Shown: positions 50,294-61,432, counted from the first letter of the whole stretch. The stretch is 63,455 nt of DNA, filler included, from Actinomycetota bacterium (GCA_046725875.1; 6 parts of 6 records of this genome joined end to end with filler, not necessarily neighbours in it); one strand, 5' to 3'. Translations and numbers: made by a program. The notes: generated from the letters alone by a model not told the origin.

Positions 50294-51274
50294 ATGGACA
50301 TCGACCTCGCCGTGCTGCGCGGCCTCGAGCGGGAGAAGGAGATACCGTTCGACCTCCTCGTCGAGGCGATCGAGTCGGCGCTGCTCACCGCGTATCACAA
50401 GACCGACCCGGATCACCCAGAGGCCCGGGTCGAGCTCGACCGCAAGACCGGCCACGTGACCGTCTACGCGCAGGAGCTGGACGAGGACGGCAACGTTGTG
50501 AACGAGTGGGACAACACACCCCACGACTTCGGTCGGATCGCCGCGACCACGGCAAAACAGGTGATCCTTCAGCGCCTGCGGGACGCCGAGGACGAGCAGA
50601 CGTACGGCGAATACGCAGGGCGCGAGGGAGACGTCGTATCCGGGATCATCCAGCAGGGCAGCGACCCCCGAATGGTGTTGGTCAACATCGGCCGGCTCGA
50701 GGCGATCTTGCCGCCGGCCGAGCAGGTCCCGGGGGAACGCTACGTACACGGCGAGCGGATCAAATGCTATGTGGTGTCGGTACGGAAGGGACTGCGCGGC
50801 CCGTCAGTGACGTTGTCCCGTACTCACCCAAACCTGGTGAAGAAGCTGTTCGCGCTGGAGGTGCCCGAGATCGCCGACGGGTCGGTGGAGATTGCGGCCA
50901 TCGCGCGTGAGGCGGGCCATCGTACGAAGATCGCAGTACGGGCCAACAGGCCGGGGATCAACGCCAAGGGGGCCTGCATCGGTCCGATGGGTGCCCGGGT
51001 TCGAAACGTGATGAGCGAGCTCCACGGGGAGAAGATCGACATTGTCGACTGGTCCGAGGACCCGGCGGAGTTCGTCGCACACGCGCTCTCGCCCGCCCAG
51101 GTGACGTCGGTGGAGATCGTAGACGCCGCGGCCAAGGCCGCCCGGGTCGTCGTCCCCGACTTCCAGCTCTCCCTGGCGATCGGCAAGGAAGGGCAGAACG
51201 CCCGGCTGGCGGCCCGGCTCACCGGCTGGCGGATCGACATTCGGCCCGACACCGAGTCGGCCGCCACGGCCTGA
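50294..51274 (+). CDS. nusA: Transcription factor NusA
   Basis: [40 protein letters not shown]. Confidence 0.98.
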   Translation: MDIDLAVLRGLEREKEIPFDLLVEAIESALLTAYHKTDPDHPEARVELDRKTGHVTVYAQELDEDGNVVNEWDNTPHDFGRIAATTAKQVILQRLRDAEDEQTYGEYAGREGDVVSGIIQQGSDPRMVLVNIGRLEAILPPAEQVPGERYVHGERIKCYVVSVRKGLRGPSVTLSRTHPNLVKKLFALEVPEIADGSVEIAAIAREAGHRTKIAVRANRPGINAKGACIGPMGARVRNVMSELHGEKIDIVDWSEDPAEFVAHALSPAQVTSVEIVDAAAKAARVVVPDFQLSLAIGKEGQNARLAARLTGWRIDIRPDTESAATA

Positions 51275-51386
51275 GGACGATCCTCGGCGACCGGCCGGGT
51301 GTTCAGCAGCGCCCTAACCGAATCGTCCCGCGAGCCGTTCGGGGGGGCCTGATCGAGGGAATGCCAATGCGGGGGTAAAGTGTTCT

Positions 51387-51656
51387 ATGGCTGGTCGCGC
51401 GGCGCCGGTGCGCACGTGCGTAGGGTGCTGGATCCGGGCGGCCAAGTCTGACTTGTTGCGGGTCGTGGCGGTCGAGGGCGCATGCGTTCCCGACCCTCGC
51501 GGCCGGCTGCCGGGCCGGGGCGCTCACCTGCATCCCGACCAGGCATGTCTCGACCTCGCTGAGCGCCGTCGGGCGTTTCCGCGGGCACTTGGGGTGCCGG
51601 GGCCGCTGGATCTGAGCGTGCTCAGGGAGTATGTCGAGCAAAGGCCGTCTCGCTGA
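51387..51656 (+). CDS. ylxR: YlxR (DUF448) RNA-binding protein; probably leaderless
   Basis: P.RTCVGC, LLRVV, PGRGAHLH, RAF.RAL; TAAAGT 5 nt before ATG. Confidence 0.9.
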   Translation: MAGRAAPVRTCVGCWIRAAKSDLLRVVAVEGACVPDPRGRLPGRGAHLHPDQACLDLAERRRAFPRALGVPGPLDLSVLREYVEQRPSR

Positions 51657-51804
51657 TGCTAGCGGCGGTCCACGGTCGCCCTTCCACCCCGACACTCGGC
51701 GGTGGACGGCGGTCTTGGGCGGCTGACCGGGCGTCGGCGATTTCTCGGCACGTGGCAGGTCCCGGCCGCAGAAGGCGTCATAACAGGGTTAGGACGAGTA
51801 ACCG

Positions 51805-51874
51805 ATGAGCGCTCGATGAGCACGCAGCGATGAGTACTCGCATGCACTAGCGGCCCGCGAGCTGATCCGGGCCG
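51805..51874 (+). promoter_or_regulatory. infB leader: three ATGA-overlapped mini-ORFs followed by a hairpin
   Basis: MSAR* 51805-51819, MSTQR* 51816-51833, MSTRMH* 51830-51850; stem CGGCCCG/CGGGCCG 51851-51874; SD AAGGAG 51877-51882. Confidence 0.7.
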
Positions 51875-51886
51875 AGAAGGAGAGCA

Positions 51887-52574
51887 GTGGCAAAGGTCCG
51901 GGTTTATGAGCTCGCCAAGGAGTTTGGCGTCGAGAGCAAGGTCGTTATGGCCAAGCTCCAAGAGCTTGGTGAATTCGTTCGTTCCGCGTCCTCGACGATC
52001 GAGGCGCCGGTTGTACGCAAATTGAAGGAAGCCTTCCCGGTGGGCGTTGCGCCCACCGACGGCGCGGCGCAGGGTGACGGCGCCGTGGCAGCGAAGCCTG
52101 CCGCGAAGAAGGGTGCCGCCAAGAAGACCACGGCCAAGAAGACCGCCGCAGCGCCGGAAGTCGCGGCGGCGGGCCCGATGGCCCCGGCCGAGCCCGAGCA
52201 GGCCATCCCGCCGACCCCGGCCCGACCGGCCCCACCCGTCCCGGGGCCAGGCGAGGATGGCGGTCGTCCCACGGCTCCGCGGCCGGGTCCGATCCCAGGC
52301 GTGCCGACCACCCCCCGGCCAGGCGAATGGCCCGGCCAGGGCCGTCCGGTTCCCGGCGCCATCCCCCGCCCGGCCGGCCCGCGTCCCGGCAACAATCCGT
52401 TCACGTCAAGCACGGGCATGTCTCGGCCTGCCGCGCGTCAGCCGCGCCCTGGTGCACCGGGAGCTCCAGGCGCTGGCCGCGCCGGCGGCGTCCCGCCGGG
52501 CGCGCCCCGCCCCGGTAGCTCGGCCGGTGGGCCTCGGCCTACTCCCGGCGAAATGCCGCCCAGGCCGGCTCGTC
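51887..52574 (+). CDS. infB: Translation initiation factor IF-2, 5' part (cut by contig end)
   Basis: [40 protein letters not shown]. Confidence 0.97.
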
Positions 52575-52674
52575 NNNNNNNNNNNNNNNNNNNNNNNNNN
52601 NNNNNNNNNNNNNNNNNNTTAATTAATTAANNNNNNNNNNNNNNNNNNNNNNNNNNNNNNNNNNNNNNNNNNNN
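52575..52674. other. Artificial contig linker
   Basis: N44-TTAATTAATTAA-N44. Confidence 0.99.
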
Positions 52675-53787
52675 CGGGGCGCGGATCTCGTCGACCAGGT
52701 AGGGGCGCATCACGACGCCATTGTTTGCGACCCCGGCGGCGACCATTGCCATCTGCAGCGGTGTCACCGCTACGTCGAACTGTCCGATCGCCGACTGGGC
52801 CGTCTGCGGCTTGTCGGGGTTGGCCGGGAAGCGGCTGGTCGCGGCCTGCATCGGCACGTCGAGGTCGGCGCCGAAGCCGAACTTCTCCGCCTGGCTGCGC
52901 AACTTGTCGCCGCCCAGCTCGAGGCCGAGCCCGGCGAAGGCCGTGTTGCAGGAGATCCGCAGCGCGTTGGCGATCGTCGTCTTGTCGCCAGGACCGCACG
53001 GCTGGCCGTCGTAGTTGGGAAGGTCATGCGTGGTCTGCGGCAAGTCGAGCGTTGCGGGGGCCGCCACGTCCGTGTCGGGCTTCCAGCGGCGTGACGGATC
53101 GCTGAGCGCAGCAGCCGAGGTTATGATCTTGAAAGTGGAGCCGGGCGGATAGAGCTCCGCGAGGGGCCGATTGAGCATCGGCTTGTCCGGGTCGTCGTTC
53201 AGCCTGCGATATGCGTCGTTTGCCTCCTCGACATCGTGCGTGGAGAGGCGGTTCGGGTCGAACGACGGTGAGGAGACCAGCGCGAGAATCGCGCCCGTGC
53301 TCGGGTCGAGTGCGACCACCGCACCGCGCTTGCCCTGCATCGCACCCCAGGCCGCCTGCTGCGCGCGCGGGTCGAGTGTGAGAGAGACGCTGCCGCCTTC
53401 GGGCGACTTTTGAGTCACGAGGTCGATGAGCCGGCGTACGAAGAACTCGTCGGCGGTTCCGGCAAGGTAGGAGTTCTCCTGGCGCTCTATCCCGGACCGG
53501 CCGAAGATCGGCGAGTAGAAGCCGGTGGCGGGCGCATACATCGGGCCGTCGGGGTAGACCCGCAGGAACTTCAGCTCCCCGCTGGTCTCCTTCGACGTGG
53601 CGATCGGGCGATTCGCCACCAGGATCGGCCCGCGCGCCCGGGAATACTCGTCAAGCAGCGACCGCCGGTTCAGGGGGTTGTCCTTGTACTCGTCGGCCTT
53701 TACCACCTGCAGATAGTTGACGTTTGCCAGCAGGAGCAGGAACAGCAGCAGGCAGGCGGCGGCGACGCGGCGCAATGGCTTGTTCAT
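52675..53787 (-). CDS. pbpA: Class B penicillin-binding protein, 5' part
   Basis: MNKPLRRV TM, YPPGSTFK (SxxK), SCNTAF (SxN); 141-bp end identical to 33147-33287. Confidence 0.96.
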
Positions 53788-55181
53788 GCCTTCATCACCT
53801 GGGTCGGAGCCTCCATGACGGCAGGTACGGGCGGCGGTGCCGGCGCCCGAGCCGCGTTGCTGATGCGCAGCAGCAGCGCGACGAGCGCCCAGTTGGCAAC
53901 CAGGGACGAGCCACCATACGACAGGAACGGCGTGGTCAGGCCGGTGAGCGGGACCAGCCGCGTCACCCCGCCGATGACCACGAAAAGCTGTAGGGCCAGC
54001 GACATTGCGAGGCCGGCGGCGAGCAGCTTGCCGAACGGATCGCGGACAGCCAAGGCAGTGCGCAGGCCGCGCTCGACCAGGATCGCGAACAGGATGAGTA
54101 CGGCCATCACGCCGGTCAGGCCGAGTTCCTCCCCGATCGTGGCCACGATGAAGTCCGTCTTCGCGTACGGAACGCGTTCCGGCCGGCCCTGCCCGAGCCC
54201 CGTACCGAGGATCCCGCCAGTGGCCAGCCCGAAGAGGCCCTCAAGCAGCTGACCGCTGCCACCGATCCGGTGATAGTACGGCCAGGGGTCCAGCCAGATG
54301 TCCACCCGCCGGGCGACGTGCCCGAAGAAGGCGTACGACCCCAGCGCACCGGTCGCGAAGAGGAGGAACCCGAACAAGAGCCAGGACAGCCGTTCAGTGG
54401 CGATGTAGAGCAGGATCACGAAGACGCCGAAGAACAGCAGCGACGTACCCAGGTCGCGCTCCCGGATCAGAATCAGCAGGCTGACCGCCCAGGCAACGAG
54501 GATCGGGCCGAGGTCACGGCCGCGCGGCAGGTCGATACCGAGCACGCGCCGGCTCGCCAGGGCGAGCACGTCCCGCTTCGCCATCAGGTAACCAGCGAAG
54601 AAGATGATGAGCAGCAGCTTCGCGAACTCGCCCGGCTGGATCGAGAAGCCGAAGGCGCGGATCCAGATCCGTGCGCCGTTCACCTCGGAGATGCGCGCCG
54701 GCAGCAGTGCGGGTAGGGCGAGCAACCCGATGCCGACGAACATCGCGGTGTACGCATACCGCCCGAGTGACCGGTGGTTTCGGACCACAACCAGGACGAG
54801 TACGAACAGGAGGATCCCGATTGCGGTCCATGCCAGCTGCAGCCGTACGTCCTCCGACGGCGCGGGCCGCCCGTTCCGCGCGGCCCGCTCGGCCTCGGCG
54901 AGGTCAAGTCGGTGGATGAGGACGAGACCGAGCCCGTTCAGAGCGGTGACCGTCGGGAGGAGCAGGGGATCCGCGTACGGCGCGAACTTCCGGACAACGA
55001 GGTGGGCGATGAGGACCATCGCCCCGAGTCCAGCCCCGTAGGCCACGAGGTCGGGCGGGAGGGTGCCGTCGACCCCGAGGCCGACCGCAGCATAGGCGGC
55101 CATGGCCAGCACGATCGCGAAGACGAGCAATCCCGCCTCCACGCCGCGCCGCGTCTCGACAGCCGGTGTCGCAGTAGTCAA
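53784..55181 (-). CDS. rodA: SEDS-family peptidoglycan polymerase RodA/FtsW
   Basis: PYADP.LLP, SIQPGEFAK, RDLGTSLL, TDFI, PLTGLT.PFLSYGGSS. Confidence 0.95.
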   Translation of the reverse strand: MTTATPAVETRRGVEAGLLVFAIVLAMAAYAAVGLGVDGTLPPDLVAYGAGLGAMVLIAHLVVRKFAPYADPLLLPTVTALNGLGLVLIHRLDLAEAERAARNGRPAPSEDVRLQLAWTAIGILLFVLVLVVVRNHRSLGRYAYTAMFVGIGLLALPALLPARISEVNGARIWIRAFGFSIQPGEFAKLLLIIFFAGYLMAKRDVLALASRRVLGIDLPRGRDLGPILVAWAVSLLILIRERDLGTSLLFFGVFVILLYIATERLSWLLFGFLLFATGALGSYAFFGHVARRVDIWLDPWPYYHRIGGSGQLLEGLFGLATGGILGTGLGQGRPERVPYAKTDFIVATIGEELGLTGVMAVLILFAILVERGLRTALAVRDPFGKLLAAGLAMSLALQLFVVIGGVTRLVPLTGLTTPFLSYGGSSLVANWALVALLLRISNAARAPAPPPVPAVMEAPTQVMKA

Positions 55182-55194
55182 CGACGGTCCCTCG

Positions 55195-56748
55195 TCACTC
55201 CGTCGGCCCGTCGCATTCGTCCGAGGCGCCGCTGCTCGGCGACGGCACCTGGGTCGGTGTGCTGGTCGCAGCGCCCGACGGTGACACGGTCGAGGAGGCG
55301 GTCGGGGTTGCGCCGGCGGAACTGGCAGTTCCCGCCACTTGGCTCGGTGATGGCGTCTGCGTAGCCGCCCCGGACGGCGTGCCGCCCGCCGCGGAGGCGG
55401 TGGTTGGGCCGGCGCTGGACGATGGTGTGCCGCTGGCCCCCGGAGTGGTGTCCCGCGGACTTGGACTCGATGTTGGGGTCACCGGCGCCGCAGCCCGGGC
55501 CGCCTGGCACTCGGCGGCGGCCGACTGCAGGTCTTGCACTATCTTCCTCGCGTGGTCGAGGTCCTTTGCCTCGATGGTCTGCTCAACCTCGCTGCGGTCG
55601 AAGTTCGGCAGGTCGGTGAGCGCCACGTTCGGCCGTTCGTACACCTTCGACAGGTGGATGCCGACTACCGGTTGGGACAGGCCCCGGTAGATCGCGACCC
55701 GGCCTTCAGATGCGCCAACGTAGTACTGCCGCTGCGACCAGGCGTAGCCACCCCAGCTGATCGCGCCGATCACGACGAGGACGAAACCAGCCAGCGCCGT
55801 CCGGCGCAGCCAGTAGCCGCGCCGGCGTCGCATCGCGGCCATGGAAGCGGAGCCATCGCCGCCCTGCCGGGAGGGGTCGGTCTCATCATCGCCATCGACC
55901 CCCTCGCCGGGCTCCGCAAGAGCCGCCGCGCGACCCGCCGGTGTGTCCGGGATCGCTCGGGGGATCGTTGCCCGATCGGCAGCCGCTCCGACAACTTGCG
56001 GTGCGGTCAGTCCCGGCTGACCGTTGCCCGCCGCCACGTCGGCGACCAGGCATGTGACGTTGTCCGGGCCGCCGGCGCGCAGGGCAAGCCCGACCAGCTC
56101 GTCCGCCGCCTCGCCCGGGCCGGGCGCCTCCGCAAGAGTGCGGGCGATGGTCTCGTGGCTGACGACATCTGTCAGGCCGTCACTGCATACGAGATAGCGG
56201 TCGCCTGGGCGTGCCTCGCGCACTGACAGGTCGAGCTCCACTCGATCGCCCCGCCCGTCGAGTGCGCGCATGATCAGCGACCGGTGCGGGTGGTGGGTCG
56301 CTTGCTCAGCCGTAATCCGACCCTCGTCGACCAGAGTCTGTACGAAGGTGTGATCCCGGGTGATCTGGCTGAGCTCGCCGTCGCGCAGCATGTACGCCCG
56401 GGAGTCGCCAATGTGCACCACGCCGACCCGGCCGTTTGAGAAATAGAGCACGGTCAGCGTCGTGCCCATCGTGTCGAGCTGCGAGTCCGCATCGATCATC
56501 GCCCGCAGCTGTTCGTTCGCGTCTTCCACCGCTGCGGCGAGCGTGTCCAGCAAGTCCGCGCCCGGGACGTCCTCATCTAGATGGGCGAGCGCCGCGATGA
56601 CGGTGGAGCTGGCCACCTCACCGTAGGCCTGGCCGCCCATCCCGTCGGCCAGGGCCAGGAGTCGGGGCCCTGCATACCCGGAGTCCTCGTTGCCCTCCCG
56701 AAGCAGACCGACGTCGGTTCGGGCGGCGTACCGCAGAGTAAGCGCCAT
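55195..56748 (-). CDS. pstP: PP2C-family Ser/Thr phosphatase
   Basis: REGNEDS, ADGMGG, HIGDSRAY, CSDGL, GGPDNVT; TM and extracellular tail. Confidence 0.96.
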   Translation of the reverse strand: MALTLRYAARTDVGLLREGNEDSGYAGPRLLALADGMGGQAYGEVASSTVIAALAHLDEDVPGADLLDTLAAAVEDANEQLRAMIDADSQLDTMGTTLTVLYFSNGRVGVVHIGDSRAYMLRDGELSQITRDHTFVQTLVDEGRITAEQATHHPHRSLIMRALDGRGDRVELDLSVREARPGDRYLVCSDGLTDVVSHETIARTLAEAPGPGEAADELVGLALRAGGPDNVTCLVADVAAGNGQPGLTAPQVVGAAADRATIPRAIPDTPAGRAAALAEPGEGVDGDDETDPSRQGGDGSASMAAMRRRRGYWLRRTALAGFVLVVIGAISWGGYAWSQRQYYVGASEGRVAIYRGLSQPVVGIHLSKVYERPNVALTDLPNFDRSEVEQTIEAKDLDHARKIVQDLQSAAAECQAARAAAPVTPTSSPSPRDTTPGASGTPSSSAGPTTASAAGGTPSGAATQTPSPSQVAGTASSAGATPTASSTVSPSGAATSTPTQVPSPSSGASDECDGPTE

Positions 56749-56753
56749 GCGGC

Positions 56754-57236
56754 CTACTTCCGAAGCTCGAGAACGGTCTTGCCGATTCTGATCGGGATGC
56801 CCATCTGGACCGGCGTCGGGCCGTCCACTTTGCGCCGATCCAGATAGGTCCCGTTGGTCGAGCCAAGGTCCTCGACCAACCACATCCCGTCGCGAGGATA
56901 GATCCGGGCATGGTGGCCGGACGCGTAGTCGTCGTCAAGCACGATCGTGGCGTCGGCGGCCCGGCCGATTGTGATCGGCGAGTCAGTGAGCGGCACCGCA
57001 GTTCCGGCCAGTGAGCCACCGGTCACAACGACCCGCGCGGGGACACCCCGCTTTGGTTTGGCCGGCCGCGGCGGCCGCCCGCGGGTCCGCGCTGGCGCCG
57101 ACTTGCGCGCAGCCGGTCGGGCCAGCGTCCGAGCTCCGAAAATGTCGGAACGCATTACCGAGATGGCGGTGAGGACGAACAGCCACAGCACGGCCAGGAA
57201 GCCGAGCCGGATCACGGTGAGGGTGAGCTCAGACAT
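56754..57236 (-). CDS. fhaB: FHA domain protein FhaB/FipA
   Basis: MSELTL...RLGFL..LWLF, IGR, DDYAS..HA, DLGSTNGT. Confidence 0.95.
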   Translation of the reverse strand: MSELTLTVIRLGFLAVLWLFVLTAISVMRSDIFGARTLARPAARKSAPARTRGRPPRPAKPKRGVPARVVVTGGSLAGTAVPLTDSPITIGRAADATIVLDDDYASGHHARIYPRDGMWLVEDLGSTNGTYLDRRKVDGPTPVQMGIPIRIGKTVLELRK

Positions 57237-57256
57237 AAGGTGCCGACACCTTAGTG

Positions 57257-57949
57257 TCAGCCGGCCTCGCGCCGGTAGATCAGGATCGTGTTTCCGAGCA
57301 TGATCTGGTCGCCGTTCTCGAGCTGCGCCTGCGAGATCAGCTCGCCGTTAAGCAAGGTGCCGTTGGTTGAGTCCAGGTCCGTGATGGTGGTGGTGAACCC
57401 GGAACGGATCTCGGAATGACGCCGTGACACGCCTGGATCCTCTATTCGCAGGTCGACGTCCGTACCTCGGCCGATCACAACGACCGGCTTGGTGAGCGCG
57501 TGTGGCTGGCCATTGATCTCCAGCCATGCGGTGGGCTGGCGTATCGGAGCGGGCTCGGACATGGGCATCACGCCGGGCACCACCCTGCTCTTCACCCGGA
57601 ACATGCCGGTGTCGAGGTCGTCGGCGCGGTCGATGTGAACCTCGACCGGTCCGACGAACTGATAGTGCTGCTCCGCCGAATATTCCTGGACGACTCCGGC
57701 GAACTCGGAAGCCAGTGCATCCCGGTAGGGAGCTAGGCGTTCGTGGTCATGGGGTCCGAGCTCCACGACGAAGTCGTTGGGCACCATCGTCCGGCCCCGG
57801 CTCACGATCGCAGCGCGATCGTCGCACTCCCGCTGGAGCGCGCCGGCGACTTCGATCGGCTGTACCTCCGACTTGAATGCACGGGCGAAGGCGCCACTGA
57901 CGAGCCCCTCGAGACGGCGCTCGAACCGGTCGAGAACTCCCACGGCCAC
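57257..57949 (-). CDS. fhaA: DUF3662 + FHA domain protein FhaA
   Basis: L.RFERRLE.LV.GAFA..F...VQP.E; IGRG, D.GVSRRH, DL.STNGT. Confidence 0.95.
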   Translation of the reverse strand: MAVGVLDRFERRLEGLVSGAFARAFKSEVQPIEVAGALQRECDDRAAIVSRGRTMVPNDFVVELGPHDHERLAPYRDALASEFAGVVQEYSAEQHYQFVGPVEVHIDRADDLDTGMFRVKSRVVPGVMPMSEPAPIRQPTAWLEINGQPHALTKPVVVIGRGTDVDLRIEDPGVSRRHSEIRSGFTTTITDLDSTNGTLLNGELISQAQLENGDQIMLGNTILIYRREAG

Positions 57950-58618
57950 CTCCTTTCCCGACGCCAGCGCGTTGCTCAGCGCCTTTCTAGCTGGCCATCC
58001 TCGACCACTGCGGTCGGTCCGGCCAGTTCAACTGCCATATCTTTCTACCTAACGCAACGTGGTCCGGCGGCGGCACGTTGCGCCGCCCGCTCCCGCCGGG
58101 CGCCGGCACGCAGCGCTACCGGGCCGGCGCCACGGGCATGGCGCTGCCCGCTCCGCGTCACGCAAGCCGCGCTGGCCACGGCTCCGGTCAGTACCGAGCA
58201 TGCCCTGGCGCCGGGCATCGCTGCCAACGCCCTCGTTACGGATCAGGTCCAGTTACCCGCCCGATCCTAGATGCTGCCGTGGCGAACCCCCGGTTGCCGC
58301 GGTGCGTTGATCCTGCCTGGGCGTATGCCGCGCGCGTGGCGAGCGCGGTGGCCGGCAGGCGTATCCGAGCCGGAGCACCGTTGGCGATCAGACGTTGTGC
58401 GTGGACCCTGACATTCTCGCCACGAGGGGATCAGCCAGTGTGCAGCAACCTTGACGGATCGGCCGATTCTGTCCTGGTCCCGGCACACCGTTTGATCTCT
58501 AGTCTGTCCAGAATCAGGGCTGGCGCACACTGATTGATCCAAACGGCTTTCGCACCAACCACCGAGATCGAATAGCCCAGGCCGCGGCGGTGGTCTGCGT
58601 GTTAGCCTTGGGCGGCTT

Positions 58619-58702
58619 GCGCGAGTGGCGGAATAGGCAGACGCGCACGGTTCAGGTCCGTGTGTCCGCAAGGACGTGGGGGTTCAACTCCCCCCTCGCG
58701 CA
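58619..58702 (+). tRNA. tRNA-Leu(CAG)
   Basis: GCGCGAG/CTCGCGC acceptor stem, CACGG-TT-CAG-GT-CCGTG anticodon arm, long variable arm, GGGGG-TTCAACT-CCCCC T-arm. Confidence 0.97.
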
Positions 58703-58799
58703 CCCCCGGGCCAGGCCCCTGACCAGCATCGCAGCCACCACAGGCCTTCCTGATTGCCCGAATCGTCCGCACCCGCGCCCACACTGTGTCCACAACGGG

Positions 58800-58975
58800 T
58801 CAGCGCGCAGCTTCGCTCAGGAGTTCGGACCACCGGCTCGCCGACTGGCTCATCGACGGGATGACGTGCGCATACACGCTGAGGGTGATCGTCGGCTTGG
58901 TGTGGCCGAGCCTGGCGACCTCCGTCACTGGCACCCCGCGGCGAGCAGCAGGCTGGCATGGGTGTGCCGCAGATC
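58800..58975 (-). mobile_element. Tyrosine integrase C-terminal remnant pointing at the tRNA-Leu 3' end
   Basis: DLRHTHASLLLAA / (frameshift) GVPVTEVARLGH.KP.ITL.VYAH: box II Arg, LGH and catalytic Tyr. Confidence 0.85.
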
Positions 58976-61432
58976 TGATGAACAACGCGGCCGCTATATC
59001 CGGGTTGGTCTTGCCCTGACCAAGCAGCCGCAGCACGTCCAACTCCCGATCGGTCAACCCAAACGGACGTGTGGCCGTTGGCTCCCCCTCCTCCACCACC
59101 TGGCTGGGCGCTCAGGTCGATGCGGCGCGGCGGGCGAGGTCTTCGATCGCCCTCGCCAGCGGCACATGCTCGGCTGCGAGATCCGCCGCCGTCGACAGTA
59201 CGGTCGCCGCGGCTCCCCGGCTGCCGTGCGGCGTGGCCAGCAGCGCGTCGGCCTGCCGCCAGCGCGCGTATCCGGCTCGGTGCCGGTAATCCAAGGACTC
59301 CCAACGGTTCGCGGCCACGTTCCACTTCTCGGGGTCGCTCGTTGCCGCGGCGCGGCTGCGTTCGGCATCCCAGGTGGCGCGCTCGGCTGGGATGGTGGCC
59401 GCGAACGGATGGTCGGTGAACGGCACGTGGCGTTCCCGCCTCACCCAATCGGCCAGGTTGTCAGCAGCGACTAGCGCTTGCCGGACTGCGTCGCCGTCGC
59501 GGCGGGCTCGGGCCCGTTCGGTCAGGTCCGCGCAGGCGCGCATACCCACCGCGAGCAGCCAGCCGCAGAAGATCACCTCGTTGGTCTCTCGCAGCGGGTC
59601 GAGCACCCGCTGGACCTCAGCGAGCGCCTCCTCGGGCCGTCCCGCCCACCACTCGACCTCCGCGGTACGTTGCCCGAGCTCGCGGATGAACTCGAGGTGC
59701 GGATCAGTCTGGACCTCGTGGATGCGCTGTGCGGCCGCATCGACATCGCCGCGCAGCAGGTCGATCTCGGCGCGAGTCTCGTGCAGCACCCAATGGTCCC
59801 GGTCGCACGGCCCGGTGGTGCGCGGGTCGATCAGCGAAGCGGCCTCGGCAGTAAGGCCGCGACCCAGCAGGCCCTCGACCGCATTGGCGAGAACCGCCGC
59901 GGCACCAACACTTCCTCCAAAGCCCAGCTGCCGGAGGGCGTCGAAAGCGCGCAGCCCCACCCGTGTCGCGGCCTCCAGCCTTCCCACCTTCAACAACCCA
60001 TCGCTCTCCATGCCGGCGAGCCAGAAAACTGCCCAGGGATCCTCGGAAGCTCCAGGCTCGCTCGCTCCCTGCGCCAGCAACCGGAATCCCTCCTCGACCG
60101 CGCCACGACGAAACGACTCGTACGCGAGCAGAGAAAAGATCTGCGGCATCAGCGTCGTCGCGCCGGCCGCCTCGGCGACCTCAAGTGCACCCTTGAACAA
60201 TCGCAGCACGGCGGTTCTCAGCGGGATCTCGTCGGACGTCGAGTCGATCCCCCGGTACGGCGCGGCGCGAAGATGGATAACTGCGGCAGTTACAGGATCT
60301 GGGTGGTCGCTGAATCGGCGAAACGCCTCCTCCGCGACAGCTCCGGCCCGCTGCCGCGTGCCGGACGCCTCAAGGGCGTCCACCGCTCGGAGGTACAGGT
60401 GCGGCAGGTCGACCACGCCACCCAAGTCCACGTCCGGTCCGGCCTGCCACAGCTCGATCGCCCGCAGCCAATGGGCTGCCGCGTCGGCGTAGACGGACAC
60501 CTGCTCGGCGGCCCTGGCCGCCGCAAGTCGAGCCCGCAACTCCTCATCGGTGCGACCCGCCGCGGCCCAGTGGCCGGCCACCTCCGCCGCCAGCGTCTCG
60601 TCCCCGGTGGCCTCGAGCGATGCCGCAAGGCGTTCGTGGAGGGAAACGCACTCGCCGGGCAGCAACTCGGTGGTCACCGCCTCGCCGAGTAGCGCATGCC
60701 GGGGCCGATGTCCTTCGTTTGCGGGGTCGGCAAGCAACCGGGCCGCTGTCAACTCGCGCACCGCGGCCCGAACAGCGTCCGGGTCCAGACCGGTGACCTC
60801 GCCAAGGAACCGCTCGCTCAACGGCCTTCCCGCCACCGCCAGCACGCCCAGTACCGCCTGCGCATCAGCACCACATCCGCCCGCCCGGGCGACCAGCAGC
60901 TCCGCCAACCGGGCGGGCAGCACCCCCGGCTGTACCAGCCGCCCCGAGTCGGTGACCGCGGCGGCCACCAGCTGCTCGGTGAAGAACGGATTCCCCTCGG
61001 CCCGGGCATACACCTGGTCCACCAATCCGGCCGGCTGCAGTCCCGCGGCGAGCGCAGTGATCTGTTCGGCCACCTCAGCACGAGAAAGCGGCCGGAGCCG
61101 GATCTCCTCCACCCCCGCATCCCGCCGACGCACATGGGTCAGCCAGTCGGCCACCCCGGCGTCCAGTTGCATCTCATCGGTGCGGCAGGTCACAACGACA
61201 GTCACCGGGCCACCGCGACCTGCCCGCGTTAGGTAGGTCAGGAAGTCCAACGTTGCGTTGTCCGCCCAGTGCAAATCCTCGATCAACAGCCCAAGGGCAG
61301 CGTGTCGCGCTACCCCATCGAGCAGCTCGGCCACCCCTGCGAACAGCCGCTCATACCGCCACCCCTCCACCGGGCCGGCCGCCTCCTGCTCGCCACCGGC
61401 CAGCCGCGGCAGCAACCGCGCCACCTCCGGCC
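58976..61432 (-). pseudogene. LAL-type (AAA ATPase + LuxR HTH) regulator: 5' partial, interrupted by TGA at 59112, HTH truncated
   Basis: IEDLHWAD, EGNPFF.EQL, RHALL.EA; after the stop, in frame, PFGLTDRELDVLRLLGQGKTNPDIAAALFI, then loss of the recognition helix. Confidence 0.8.

Noticed and set aside
52675..53787. Second pbpA paralog
   Set aside because: Shares an exact 141-bp terminal overlap with contig 3; it is the same gene split by assembly.
57950..58618. Gene or ncRNA in the 670-bp fhaA-tRNA gap
   Set aside because: ORFs there are low-complexity and I see no convincing structure or motif.
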